Shown: positions 30,779-40,730, numbered from the stretch's first letter. The stretch is DNA of 64,000 nucleotides from an uncultured delta proteobacterium (GCA_963806225.1 CAWDXG010000004.1:1600001-1664000); one strand, 5' to 3'. Numbers and translations are program-made. The notes: generated from the sequence alone by a model not told the origin.

Positions 30779-31576
30779 TCAGTGCCGGTCCCGTCGTCGC
30801 AGGCCGTCGCTTGCACTTCCCCGGCGGCTCCGCTGGAACCCGAATGGCGCCTCCTGCGCGATCGGCGCGAACAGGCGATTGTGCTCGAAATCCAGGTAGA
30901 TCGCGGGCACCCCGCCCTGCTTTCTACGGTGCTGTCGGGCGTGCTCTTCTGACCAGAAGAGGACCGAGCGCTGTCAGAAATCGTGGGTGATGTCCCGGGC
31001 GCGCAGCCGCGTGAAGTCGACGAGCGGGATCTGGAAGACCGGAGCGGCGGAAGGATCGGCGAGCGTGTAGCGGAGATCGCTCTCCACGCGGAAGCGGAGC
31101 TCCCGCCCGCAGCAGGCGCACGAGGACTCCACCTCGAACGACAGCCGTTCGTCCTTGCGCAGTTGCCCTTGCACGAAGGGCGACGCTAGCGCGTCCGTCC
31201 CTCAGGCGGCGTACAGCCGCTCGCCCGTGCTGAACGTCAGCGGATACGGCGTCCGTTCCACCGTCACCGGATACGCCCACACAACGTCCCTGCCGTTCGG
31301 ACGATGGAGGAAGACGAGCCGCCGCTCGAGCGCGTGGAGCACCGACTCCACCTGTGCCAGCGGCATGCCCAGTCGCTCGGCCACGTGCTCCGGCGGCATG
31401 GGCCGCCCCAGCCGCGGCAGCTCCGTCACTACGAAGCGGTGCACGCGCCGGTCGGTCTCGTCGAGATCACCCAACCGCCGCGCGACCTTGCGCGCCGACA
31501 AGACGGCAGCCTGCCGGAACATGAACCACGGAACGGGAAACATGCGTCGCCCGAGACCCAACAGAACCGGCTTCAT
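30779..31576 (-). CDS. MerB-like organometallic lyase, candidate selenoprotein with two Sec (U125, U201), 265 aa
   Basis: One frame with TGA at 31204-31202 (RLYAA*GTDAL vs MerB RLYAWCALDTL) and at 30976-30974 (DITHDF*QRSVLFWSEEHA vs MerB DVRQSFCCHVHFFAS); similarity continues past both stops. Confidence 0.82.
30944..30961 (-). promoter_or_regulatory. SECIS-like hairpin after second UGA (CUCUUCU-GGUC-AGAAGAG)
   Basis: 7-bp perfect stem, GGUC loop starting 20 nt after the UGA. Confidence 0.7.
31165..31181 (-). promoter_or_regulatory. SECIS-like hairpin after first UGA (GCCCUU-CGUGC-AAGGGC)
   Basis: 6-bp stem, GU-containing loop starting 27 nt after the UGA; alternative proximal hairpin GACGC-GCUA-GCGUC at 31182-31195. 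Confidence 0.55.
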
Positions 31577-31638
31577 CGCCGGTCATCATGCGGCAATCCC
31601 GCCCGGGTGGGAAGCAATGGTTCGCGCCGCAGCCGCCG

Positions 31639-32415
31639 TCAGTGGTAGTGCCGCGGCCGCGATTCCTCGTGGCAGATCTCGTCCTGGTGGTGGGGGCAGG
31701 AGATGCGCACGTGGAAGTGGTCGTCGTGGATTTCGGCGTGCTCGGGTTGTTCGAGCAGCTTGAGCGCGTCGTCGACGTAGCGGCGAAAGCTCTTGTGGCG
31801 ACGCGCGTAGCGGATGAGTCGGAGCTTCAGCGGCGTGGAGATGAAGATGTGGGCGAGACCGGCGCGCTTGTCGCGCACCCAGTCCTGCAAGAGGAGCCAG
31901 TTCCTGTAGTCGTCGAAGACGAGCCCGCTGCCGTCTTTCGCCTTGCCCTCGCCGTCGAAGGCGACGAAGTGATCCGGCACGAATAGCTTGCCGTCCTTGT
32001 CCCGCATGTAGAAGGCGATATCCGCGTCGCGCCCGCTCTGGTGCGAGTGGTGCCCGTACAGCCGCCCGCCGTGCTTGGCGGAGAGATCGCCGACCACCAT
32101 CACCGAGCCGTGCACCACGCGCGCGATGTCGCGGGCACTGCGCTCGAGCATCAACACGAGCGCGGGGTGGCCGTAGCAGTTGTCCTTGCTGCTCGGCTTG
32201 ATCTGCAGGTAGCGGTGGTGCCGAAGTCTCTTCGCGCGGCGCTGCCAGCCGTCGTTGGGGTAGCCGACGCTGAGCGACATCAACGTGTACGGCGAGTGGC
32301 GGAACTTCTTCGGCAGCTTGTGGGGCGTACCGGACGCGGCCGCCGGCGCCGGGACCACCAGCAGCACGAGCAGCGTACAGAGCGCGCCAAGCAACAGGGG
32401 GCGGAACACAGACAC
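31639..32415 (-). CDS. Penicillin-insensitive murein endopeptidase (MepA family)
   Basis: Signal peptide; VGDLS..GG, HHSHQSGRDADI, HDDHFHVRI. Confidence 0.85.
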   Translation of the reverse strand: MSVFRPLLLGALCTLLVLLVVPAPAAASGTPHKLPKKFRHSPYTLMSLSVGYPNDGWQRRAKRLRHHRYLQIKPSSKDNCYGHPALVLMLERSARDIARVVHGSVMVVGDLSAKHGGRLYGHHSHQSGRDADIAFYMRDKDGKLFVPDHFVAFDGEGKAKDGSGLVFDDYRNWLLLQDWVRDKRAGLAHIFISTPLKLRLIRYARRHKSFRRYVDDALKLLEQPEHAEIHDDHFHVRISCPHHQDEICHEESRPRHYH

Positions 32416-32605
32416 GGTTGGTGGTCGACGAAGCAGGACCCGCCGGCATTCAAATGCGAAGAGGACTGCGGCGGGGGTGGGTGGATGGGTAGAACAAGGC
32501 CAGCGCTAGCAATCGGCGCGGGGCCGACGCAACCCCTCGCCCCAAGTCGAGCCACATCCCGCATTTTTCCGTTCCGGCCGGTTCGCCGGTGTAGCATCGG
32601 CGGCC

Positions 32606-33988
32606 ATGTCGAACCGGGCCCGGACGCTGGCGCTGGTCGGCGGACCCGTGCTCGCCGCCGTAGCGGGCTTTTCGGCGCGTGCCGCCGGGCTCCCGCCCAC
32701 CGCGGCGTGGACGGCAGCGGTCACGGCCCTGTGTGCGGTGTGGTGGATCACCGAGCCGATCCACATCGCGGTCACGTCGCTGATCCCGTTCGCCGTATTT
32801 CCGCTGACCGGCGTGCTCGATCACAAGAAGGTCGCCGAGGCCTACGGCCACACGCTGATCCTGCTGCTCCTCGGCGGCTTCATCCTGTCGCAGGCGCTGG
32901 AAAAGAGCGGAGCGCACCGTCGGCTCGCTCTGGGCATGGTGCGGCTGGTCGGCACGCACGGCCGCCGGCGCCTGGTGCTCGGCTTCATGCTGGCCACGGC
33001 CGTGAGCAGCATGTGGATCTCCAACACCGCCACCACCCTGATGATGCTGCCGGTCGCACTGGCCGTGCTGGAGCAGGACGAGGAACACATCCTCGCCGCC
33101 CCGCTGCTGCTCGGGATCGCCTACGCCGCGAGCATCGGTGGACTCGGCACACCCATCGGCACGCCGCCCAACGTGATCTTCATGGGCGTGTACCGGGAGG
33201 TCACGCACCACGAAATCAGCTTCCTCGACTGGATGGGCATCGGCATTCCGGCGACGCTCGTGCTGTTGCCGGTGGCCTGGTGGGTGGTGACGCGCGGGCT
33301 CGAAAAGGGCGACCGCTTCGAGCTGCCGCGGCTGGGGCCGTGGCGCGCCGCCGAGCGTCGCGTGCTCGTCATCTTCGGGCTGACCGCGCTGGCGTGGGTC
33401 ACGCGCACGCAGCCCTTCGGCGGCTGGAGCGGGCTCATCGGCGCCAAGGGCGCGGGCGACAGCACCGTCGCGCTCCTGTCGGTGGTCGTGCTGTTCCTCG
33501 TGCCCGACGGCGAGGGCGGGCAGATGCTCGACTGGGAAACGGCCAACAAGATCCCCTGGGGCCTCTTGATCCTGTTCGGCGGAGGCATCGCCATCGCCAA
33601 GGGCTTCGAGGCGTCGGGCCTCTCCAAAGCGCTCGGCCACGAGCTGTCCGGCATCGCGGGCTGGGGCACGGTGCTGATGGTGTTCACGCTCTGCATCAGC
33701 GTCACCTTCCTCACGGAAGTGACGAGCAACACCGCCACATCGACCCTGCTGATGCCGGTGCTCGCCGCGGCCGCCATCGGCGCCGGCATCAAGCCGATGC
33801 TGCTCATGGTCCCCGCCGTGCTCAGCGCCAGCTGCGCCTTCATGCTTCCCGTTGCCACGGCGCCGAACGCCATCATGTACGGCACCGGCAAGGTCACGGT
33901 CGCGCGCATGGCCCGCGAAGGCGTGATCCTCAACATACTGGGCGCCATCGCCCTGACCGCGCTCTCGGTCGCTCTGCTCGGTCACTGA
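32606..33988 (+). CDS. SLC13/DASS family sodium:dicarboxylate/sulfate symporter
   Basis: SMWISNTATT, GTPIGTPPN, SNTAT, LPVATAPNA. Confidence 0.92.
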   Translation: MSNRARTLALVGGPVLAAVAGFSARAAGLPPTAAWTAAVTALCAVWWITEPIHIAVTSLIPFAVFPLTGVLDHKKVAEAYGHTLILLLLGGFILSQALEKSGAHRRLALGMVRLVGTHGRRRLVLGFMLATAVSSMWISNTATTLMMLPVALAVLEQDEEHILAAPLLLGIAYAASIGGLGTPIGTPPNVIFMGVYREVTHHEISFLDWMGIGIPATLVLLPVAWWVVTRGLEKGDRFELPRLGPWRAAERRVLVIFGLTALAWVTRTQPFGGWSGLIGAKGAGDSTVALLSVVVLFLVPDGEGGQMLDWETANKIPWGLLILFGGGIAIAKGFEASGLSKALGHELSGIAGWGTVLMVFTLCISVTFLTEVTSNTATSTLLMPVLAAAAIGAGIKPMLLMVPAVLSASCAFMLPVATAPNAIMYGTGKVTVARMAREGVILNILGAIALTALSVALLGH

Positions 33989-34443
33989 CCCAGCCTGTTG
34001 GTTGGGGGCACCCCGAAAGGTACCCGAGCAGGCCCACGCCATCCGCCGCAGCAGCCCGCGGGCGGCGTGGGCGTGGGCGGCGCGGCGTGGGCGGCAATCC
34101 ACATGGAATCCAGCGATGGCCGTGATGCGCGCGGCCACCGCGCGGTCCTCCTGGTCGCCCTGTGTCGCCGCTGTCCGCGCCGGCCGGAACATTCGAGGTT
34201 CGAGCGCGACGAGCTCCGTGCACGACGTGACCGGAGTAGTCCGGTTCGCGCGTGATGTCCGGTGCCCGAGCAGCTCTTCGCGCCTGCGCGCCTCCCCGCA
34301 GCGCCCGGGCACCTGCGCACGATGCGTTTCCACGCGCTCGGCGTTGCTCTCGCCGCCCACTCCCCGACGACCCTGCCCTGCACGGAACCAGCGCGACACG
34401 CGTCGGCCTTTACAGGCGCCCTGCGAAGCCCTAAGCCGTCAGC

Positions 34444-35532
34444 GTGGGCAAGCGGGTCGTGGTGTTCGGGGCGACGGGGTACACCGGCAAGCTCGTGGTG
34501 CGGTCGTTGCTCGACCTCGGCGTGGGCGACGTGGTGCTCGGCGGGCGGAACCGCGACAAGCTCGAACAGCTCGCGGCACAGCATGGCGGGCTCGAGGTGC
34601 GCATCGCCGATGCAACGCGCCGCGAGACGCTGGGCCCGCTCGTGTCCGGCGCGCACGTCGTCATCAGCACGGCCGGTCCCTTCGATCTGTACGGCGAACC
34701 CGTCGTGCGCGCGGCGCTCGACGCGGGCGCGCACTTCCTCGATACCACAGGCGAGCAGGCCTACATGCTGCGCGTGCTGGAGCGCTACCACGGCCTGGCG
34801 CGGCAGAAGCACGTCGCCGTCGTCAACGCGCAGGCGTTCGAATACGCCATCGGCTACTGCGCGGCGGCGCTGCTTGCGGATACGATCCACGCGCTCGACC
34901 GCATCGACGTGTTCAACCGGGTGGAGGGCTTCAGCGCCACGCACGGCACGATGAAGTCGGCGGTGTACGGCATCACCGCGCCCGCGCTCATCCGCCGCGG
35001 CGGACGACTGAAGGAGCGCGGGCTGTCGCCGCTGCCGATGCGCGTGCAGGTGCCAGGCGAGAAGCGCGAGCTAGCGATCCCGTTCCCGGGTGGCGAGGCG
35101 CTGCACCTGGTCCGGAGCTACCCGTGGATCAAGCACGTGACGACGAATCTGGTCGTCCCCAGCGCGCTGGCGGTCGGCGCCATGGCCTTGTGGAGCGCAC
35201 GGCCCGCGATCGGGCTGGCGCAGCGCGCGGGCGCGATAGAGCCCGTGCTGCGCTGGATCGACGCGCAGCCCGAGGGCCCGGCCGAAGCCGAGCGCAGGAA
35301 GCAGCCCTTCAAGGTGTATGCCCGCGGCCGCGGCAACAACCACGTCCGCGGCGTGGTCGCCAGCGGCGTCGATCCCTACGGCATCACCGGCACCATCGCC
35401 GCCCTCGGCGCCAAGCTCCTGCTCGCCGGCGCCCCGAGGGCCACCGGCGTCATCTCGACGGACCAGGCGTTCGGTGCACGGCGCTTCCTCGACGAGCTCG
35501 CGCCGTTCGGCGTGTCCGTTGCGCGGTACTGA
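34444..35532 (+). CDS. Saccharopine dehydrogenase-like oxidoreductase
   Basis: FGATGYTG, AGPF..YGEPVV, DTTGE. Confidence 0.85.
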   Translation: MGKRVVVFGATGYTGKLVVRSLLDLGVGDVVLGGRNRDKLEQLAAQHGGLEVRIADATRRETLGPLVSGAHVVISTAGPFDLYGEPVVRAALDAGAHFLDTTGEQAYMLRVLERYHGLARQKHVAVVNAQAFEYAIGYCAAALLADTIHALDRIDVFNRVEGFSATHGTMKSAVYGITAPALIRRGGRLKERGLSPLPMRVQVPGEKRELAIPFPGGEALHLVRSYPWIKHVTTNLVVPSALAVGAMALWSARPAIGLAQRAGAIEPVLRWIDAQPEGPAEAERRKQPFKVYARGRGNNHVRGVVASGVDPYGITGTIAALGAKLLLAGAPRATGVISTDQAFGARRFLDELAPFGVSVARY

Positions 35533-35571
35533 GCGTGTTCACGCGCGCTCCCATAGGGAGTAGGGTATCCA

Positions 35572-36327
35572 GTGCGGCACCGGGTCGCGCTGTGGCGGGA
35601 GGGTGCTATCGACGATCACATTGCGGCAGAGCGCGGGCGTGCCGATGCAGCGCGGCGACGGGCTCGAAGCGCGCGCTGGCTCCACGCGGGCGTCTGCGCA
35701 GGTGCGGCCACGGCGCTCGGCTGGTCCGGAGCCGCGTCGGCACAGCCGCGCGCCCACAAGAGCATCCGCGCCGACGCCAGCAGCGCGGTCGTGGCGTCCG
35801 CCGCTGACACACGCAGCGGTAGCGCTCCTCCTCTAGACGCCCGCCCGGCCAGTTCGTATGCCACGCCGCTCGCGGCCACGTGCGCGCTGTCGATGGGTAT
35901 CGACGCCGCGCTCTGGGCGGGGGCGCTTTCGGTGCGCAGCGATTCCGCACAGTCGGCCCTGCTGGGCAGTGCGGTTATCGGCTTGCCCGTCACCTGGCTC
36001 GCGCGCGCAGTGGTGCACTGGGGAAACGGGGAAGCCGGACGCGGCTTTCTCGCGCTCGGTGGCAGCTTCGGAAGCTTCGCGCTCGGCGCGCTGCCAGCGG
36101 CGTACCTCGGAGCCGCCCAGTCCGGCGATTCATCGATCCGCACCCCGCTGGCCCTCGGTGTGGGCTTCGGCATGCTGTTCCAGGCGATCTGGGCCTACGA
36201 CGATGTCGAGAACCGCTCGAGTCGGCGAGCTTCAGCCCGGATGACGAGGTTTTGGCAGCGCGCGCCGGCGCTGTGGGTCGCTCGGCTGCGTGGCGGCGCA
36301 CTGCTGGAGCTTGGCGGAGCACTGTGA
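35572..36327 (+). CDS. Hypothetical membrane protein
   Basis: Several hydrophobic segments; fills the gap between genes; start uncertain. Confidence 0.45.
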   Translation: MRHRVALWREGAIDDHIAAERGRADAARRRARSARWLHAGVCAGAATALGWSGAASAQPRAHKSIRADASSAVVASAADTRSGSAPPLDARPASSYATPLAATCALSMGIDAALWAGALSVRSDSAQSALLGSAVIGLPVTWLARAVVHWGNGEAGRGFLALGGSFGSFALGALPAAYLGAAQSGDSSIRTPLALGVGFGMLFQAIWAYDDVENRSSRRASARMTRFWQRAPALWVARLRGGALLELGGAL

Positions 36328-36350
36328 CGGGGTCCGGCAAGGGCAGCCGG

Positions 36351-38353
36351 CTACCGCCACCACGCTTCCAGGCTCGCGTGCACGCTGCGCCCGGGAAGTG
36401 GGTAGCCCACTACGTCGAAGTGGCGGGCGCCCGTGACATTCCTGACGGCGAGGCGGGCGGCGAGGCGGCGCCCCTGGAAGCTGGCCATCAGCTGGAGATC
36501 GAGCAGGGCCTGCTGGTCGATGATGATGAGCCCGGCGGGATCGGCCACGCGCGAGGAGCGGTACGAGGCGCGCGCGCCGAGGCCGACGCGGTCGAGCGGC
36601 GAGCGCTGCGGCTCGGTGTAGAGCTCGAGCAGGCCGCTGGTCGCTAGCCGTGACTGGAACGGGATCAGGTTGTTTCCCTCGGTGCGCGTCGTGTCACGCG
36701 GGTCGAGCGCGGTCAGCGCGAGCGTCGAGCGGATGTGATGGAACAGGTCGGCGCCGGCGGCGAGCTCGGCGCCGAGCACGCGCGCGCGACCGACGTTGAA
36801 CGGCCGCACGTAGCCGAGGCCGGAGCGGCGGAAGGCGATCAGCTGCGAGACGGAGCGCAGGAAGCCGAACGCATCGACCCACGCCGGAACCGGCGCGCTG
36901 CGGCTCGTTTCGGCGCGCACGCCCAGGTCGCCGCCATATCCGAGCTCGGGCTGGAGCGCGGAGTTGCCGCGCACCTGGGGCGAGGTGCCGTACAGCTCGC
37001 CGAGGGTGGGCACCCGCACGAACCGCCCGACGTTGGCGAGCAGCGAGACGCCCGGCGCCAGCAACAGCCGGGCACCCAGCCTGCCGGACGGCTCGAGCAC
37101 ACCGCAGTGGTCGGCGCCGTCGGGCCCCGAGGTGGAGTGGCATTCGAGCGCGCCGAGCGCGTACAGCTCCAGCCAATCGAAAGCCTGGAACGCCAGCGAG
37201 CCCGCGCCGCGGCTCACCTGCCGCTCCGCGTGCAGGCCCTGGGCACCCGGAGCTGTCGACGCGCAGCAACTCGGCCTCCTCGTCGCCGTCGAGCGAGACG
37301 CGCACGCGGTCGCCCAGCTCGCGGATCGAGCCGCACCTGCTGGGAGAAGCGCTGCCCGGTGCTGGAAACCGCGGGTGCCCGCCAGAGCCAGCTCACGCAG
37401 CGGATCGCTGAGCGTGTTGCCCGCGCTGATGGCGGAGCTCGTGAGCTCGATGCGACAATCGCCCGCTGGCTCTCCGGGGCGCCGCGCGTGGCACGGCACG
37501 CGAGCCGTGATGCCGGCCAGGAGCCGGCGGGTGTGCGCGCGCGCCGCCTCGGCGGGGATCAATCCGGCACCGGTAACGCCCTGTTCGCGGTCGAAGGCGT
37601 TGACCAGCGTGGTGATCCCGGCGCCACCCGGCCCCAGCGGTGGTGCGTCCGATGGCCCAGCTGTCGTAGCTGGTCGCGTCGGCGTTCGGACGGCGCACCG
37701 CGCGATCGTCGGCAGTGGTGCTGCGCGTGCCGTTGTCGTTCACGTAGGTGTAGTCGTTCTTTGCGTAGCTGCGGCTGAGCGCAACCATCGACGCCGCGCC
37801 GGGCGCGGCCACCGCACCGCCGAGCCAGGTGCTGAGCTCGCCGAAGCTGCCGAGCGCGTAGCCGCCGCCGAGCCGGGAGTGGTGCGGCAGCCGGGGCTCG
37901 AAGAAGATCGCGCCGCCGATGCCGAGGCGATCGGCCGCCTCCGGCGCGTTGCCCCGGAACACCTCGACGCGGTCGAGCATCCAGAGCGGCACCGTCGAGA
38001 GATCCGCGGTGCCGGTCACATCGTCGTTGAGGCGGATGCCGGCAAGGTACACGGGCGTCTCGGCGCTGGTCGCGCCGCGGATGGACGCCGTGGCCGAGAT
38101 CCGAGCCGGAGCCGCTCTGGGCAACCTGCACGCCCGGCACCTGGGACAGCACCTCCGCCGAGGTCGCGCCCGGCTGGTGCAGGTCCTCGCCGCGCAGCAG
38201 CATCGACGCCGCGGTCGGATCGCGCCGCGACGCGGGCGGGCCGTGGCGGTGGCCGCTGACGTGGACGACGATGGGCTTTTCCGGCGGAGGCTCGGCGCGC
38301 GCAGCCCCGGCGGCGGACAGCACGCACAGCGCCGCGGCCCACCTCAGGGACAT
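36351..38353 (-). CDS. TonB-dependent receptor (BtuB-like), several frameshifts
   Basis: Plug: VLSQVPGV, SIRGAT, RVEVFRG; barrel: RVPTLGELYG, GNSALQPE, GYPLPGR; pieces in different frames. Confidence 0.82.
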
Positions 38354-39135
38354 CGGGCGTTGACGATGCCGACGGCGTCGAGATCGAACACGCCGTTGAA
38401 GCCGGTCTGGTCGGGGCGATCGGTGATGCGCACGTAGCGGGCGTAGCTCACGCCGATGTCCGCCAGATCGAAGGCATCGCCGCCCGCCTGCGCCGGGTCG
38501 AGCGGATCGATGTTGTTCGTGTCGGGGTTCGCGTACACGGGGTGCCAGCCGGCGCAGCTGCCGTAGGGCGGAGCGAGCGCCGTACACGGAAAGGCCGTCC
38601 AGCTCTGCCCGTCGGCGCTCACCTCCACCGTGCCGAGCTCGGCGAACACCTGGTCGGCGTTGCCCCCGGCGAAGAACGCGTTCTCGAACACGATGAAGTC
38701 GGGACCGGGGCCGTCCACGATCGCGTTGCCCGCGAACTCGACGGTCACGCTGCCGCCGTTGCCGAGCGACACGGTGTCGAGCGACCCCTTGCAGCAGCCG
38801 CCGCCGTGGGGCGGCCCGAAAACGATCGACGGGAACTGGTCCTGGCCCTGGCTCTGGCCGGGGCCGAAGCTGTGATCGACCACGCCCGTCACGAAGCGCG
38901 AGCCGGGTCCGGCGCAGTCCGCGGCATCGAGCCCGGCCTCGTCCAGAGCGCCGTCCCAGCCGCCGTCCCATGCAACGGCGTCCGGCAACGCGTCCGGCGC
39001 GCCGGCGTCGAGCTGGGCGAAGAAGTGAGCGCCTGCGTCGGTGCCCGGCGCCGGCGCCCCTGCCCCGCTACCGCAGGCGACGAGGGTGCCTAGAAATCCC
39101 AACGCGACCCAGCGCGTCCATTCGTGTCTGTTCAC
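38344..39135 (-). CDS. Surface lipoprotein of cobalamin-uptake loci (putative cobamide-binding)
   Basis: LVAC lipobox; VSLGNGG, DGPGPDFIVFENAF, GGDAFDL, YVRITD; GTG start after GGAGGG. Confidence 0.72.
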   Translation of the reverse strand: MNRHEWTRWVALGFLGTLVACGSGAGAPAPGTDAGAHFFAQLDAGAPDALPDAVAWDGGWDGALDEAGLDAADCAGPGSRFVTGVVDHSFGPGQSQGQDQFPSIVFGPPHGGGCCKGSLDTVSLGNGGSVTVEFAGNAIVDGPGPDFIVFENAFFAGGNADQVFAELGTVEVSADGQSWTAFPCTALAPPYGSCAGWHPVYANPDTNNIDPLDPAQAGGDAFDLADIGVSYARYVRITDRPDQTGFNGVFDLDAVGIVNARCP

Positions 39136-39219
39136 CGAAAGTCCCTCCGAGCGAAGCGCGCGCTCCATGGGGCTACCGCCGGTCTCGCGTCCCTCGAAAA
39201 GGGGCGCTCCGGCGGCCCG

Positions 39220-39400
39220 ACGAACAGGTCTTCTGACTTCCCGGCTTGTCCAAGGTCGCCTTCCCGGCGCTCTTCGCGCCAGTGGCTTCAATGACCTTCG
39301 ACGTATCGGGTTACAGCGGCGGCTCCGTGCCGGACTCTCACCGGCTTCCCTTGGCGGTCTCCCGCCACCCCGCGAGGGGATCCTTCGGCAGCCGTCAGGT
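39220..39400 (-). promoter_or_regulatory. Cobalamin (B12) riboswitch
   Basis: Minus strand: AAGGGAAGCCGGTGAGAGTCCGGCACGG..CCGCCGCTGTAA..GCCACTG..GGGAAGG..AGTCAGAAGACCTG. Confidence 0.93.
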
Positions 39401-39449
39401 ATCACGCCGCGAGCGGGCGTTCAACCGCGCCGGGTGGCACGCTTGACGG

Positions 39450-40194
39450 GTGACGGTCAGCTTCCGTTTCTATGCCGGCCTCAACGATTTCCTGCCGCCG
39501 GAGCGGCGCGGGCAACGCTTCGAGCTCGGCGTCCAGGGCCGGCCCGCGTACAAGGACACCATCGAGTCACTGGGCGTGCCACATCCGGAAGTGGGCTTGA
39601 TCCTGGTCGACCGGCAGGCCGTCGGTTTCGGCGAGCAGCTCTCCGACGGCGATCGCGTCAGCGTGTACCCGCGCTTCTTCGAGCTGGACCCGGGCGCGCT
39701 CGGGCTCGCTCCGCCGCTCCCCTCGCCTCCCCGCTTCGTGCTGGACGTGCACCTCGGGCGGCTCGCCGCCTACCTGCGTGCGCTCGGCTTCGACACGCTC
39801 TACGAGCGCTACGCCGACGACGCGGATTCTGGCGCAGCGCTCCTGCGACGAGGATCGCGTGCTGCTCACGCGCGACGTCGGACTGCTCAAGCGCCGGAAC
39901 GTGTCGCTCGGCTACTGGCTGCGCTCGAAACAGCCGCGCGAGCAACTCGGCGAGGTCGCGCTCTACCTCGACCTTCGCGAGTGGGCCGATCCCTTCACGC
40001 GCTGCCTGCACGACAACGCGCCGCTTTCAGCAGTGGACAAGCGCGACATCGATGCGCGCCTCGAGCCCGGCACCCGCGCCCGCCACCACCGCTTCTGGCG
40101 CTGCAGCCACTGCGACCGCCTCTACTGGGAAGGCTCGCACCACGCGCGGATGCAGCGGCTGTTCGAGGCGGTTCTCCCGCCTGGAGCGCTCTAG
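39450..40194 (+). CDS. Ubiquitin-like plus Mut7-C (PIN) RNase protein, frameshift near 39825
   Basis: FRFYAGLNDFL, KDTIESLGVPHPEV, FVLDVHLGRLAAYLRALGFD; then LLTRD, FTRC, CSHC..YWEGSH. Confidence 0.88.
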
Positions 40195-40619
40195 TCCTCG
40201 TCGAAGGAGAAGCTGACGGCCTTGTCCCGTTCGAAGCCGAGGCTGTTGTAGAAATTGAGCGTGCCCGTATCCGCCTTGACGAGCGGCTTGACCTTCACCG
40301 TGCTCGCCTTCTTCTCGAGTGACTCGCGCAGCTTCTCGATGAGCTGCTTGCCGTAGCTGCGCTCGCGGAAGTCGGGGTGGACGATGATCTCCTGGATGAA
40401 GAGCGTCAGACCCGTTTCCTTCTCGAAGGAGTAGCCCAGCACGGCGCCGGTGATACGACCGTCGGGCTCGGCCGCGACGTAGCAGCTGTCGGGCTCGAAC
40501 CGGAAGAACTTGTCGATGTACTTCTTCGCCCCCTCGAGCGACCACTCCGCCTTGTACGCATCGAGGTGGAGCCGGGCCACGGACTCGAGGTCGTCGGCCT
40601 TCATGCGCCTGATTTCCAT
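40191..40619 (-). CDS. GNAT family N-acetyltransferase
   Basis: IVHPDFRERSYGKQL, FYNSLGF. Confidence 0.85.
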   Translation of the reverse strand: MEIRRMKADDLESVARLHLDAYKAEWSLEGAKKYIDKFFRFEPDSCYVAAEPDGRITGAVLGYSFEKETGLTLFIQEIIVHPDFRERSYGKQLIEKLRESLEKKASTVKVKPLVKADTGTLNFYNSLGFERDKAVSFSFDED

Positions 40620-40730
40620 GTTCCAGTTCTACCAGCGGCGCGATCGGGGCGGCAACCTCGGAGCGCACGGAACCTGATCGGTGCGGGCACCGCGGCGCGC
40701 CGGCGCTCCGCCAGCGGGCTATCGCGCGCG

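Noticed and set aside
30779..31576. Genome-wide UGA reassignment or simple pseudogene as the explanation of the MerB stops
   Set aside because: Many genes here end in TGA with ATGA/GTGA coupling, so the code is standard. Both stops hit catalytic Cys sites and carry hairpins, which disfavours random decay; not fully excluded.
33989..34443. ncRNA or small gene in the GC-rich intergenic gap
   Set aside because: Some imperfect inverted repeats, but no recognisable RNA family and no convincing ORF.
40000..40020. Mut7-C zinc ribbon CLHD instead of CxxC as loss of function
   Set aside because: A single substitution in an error-prone sequence, and Asp/His can still bind zinc; too weak to claim.
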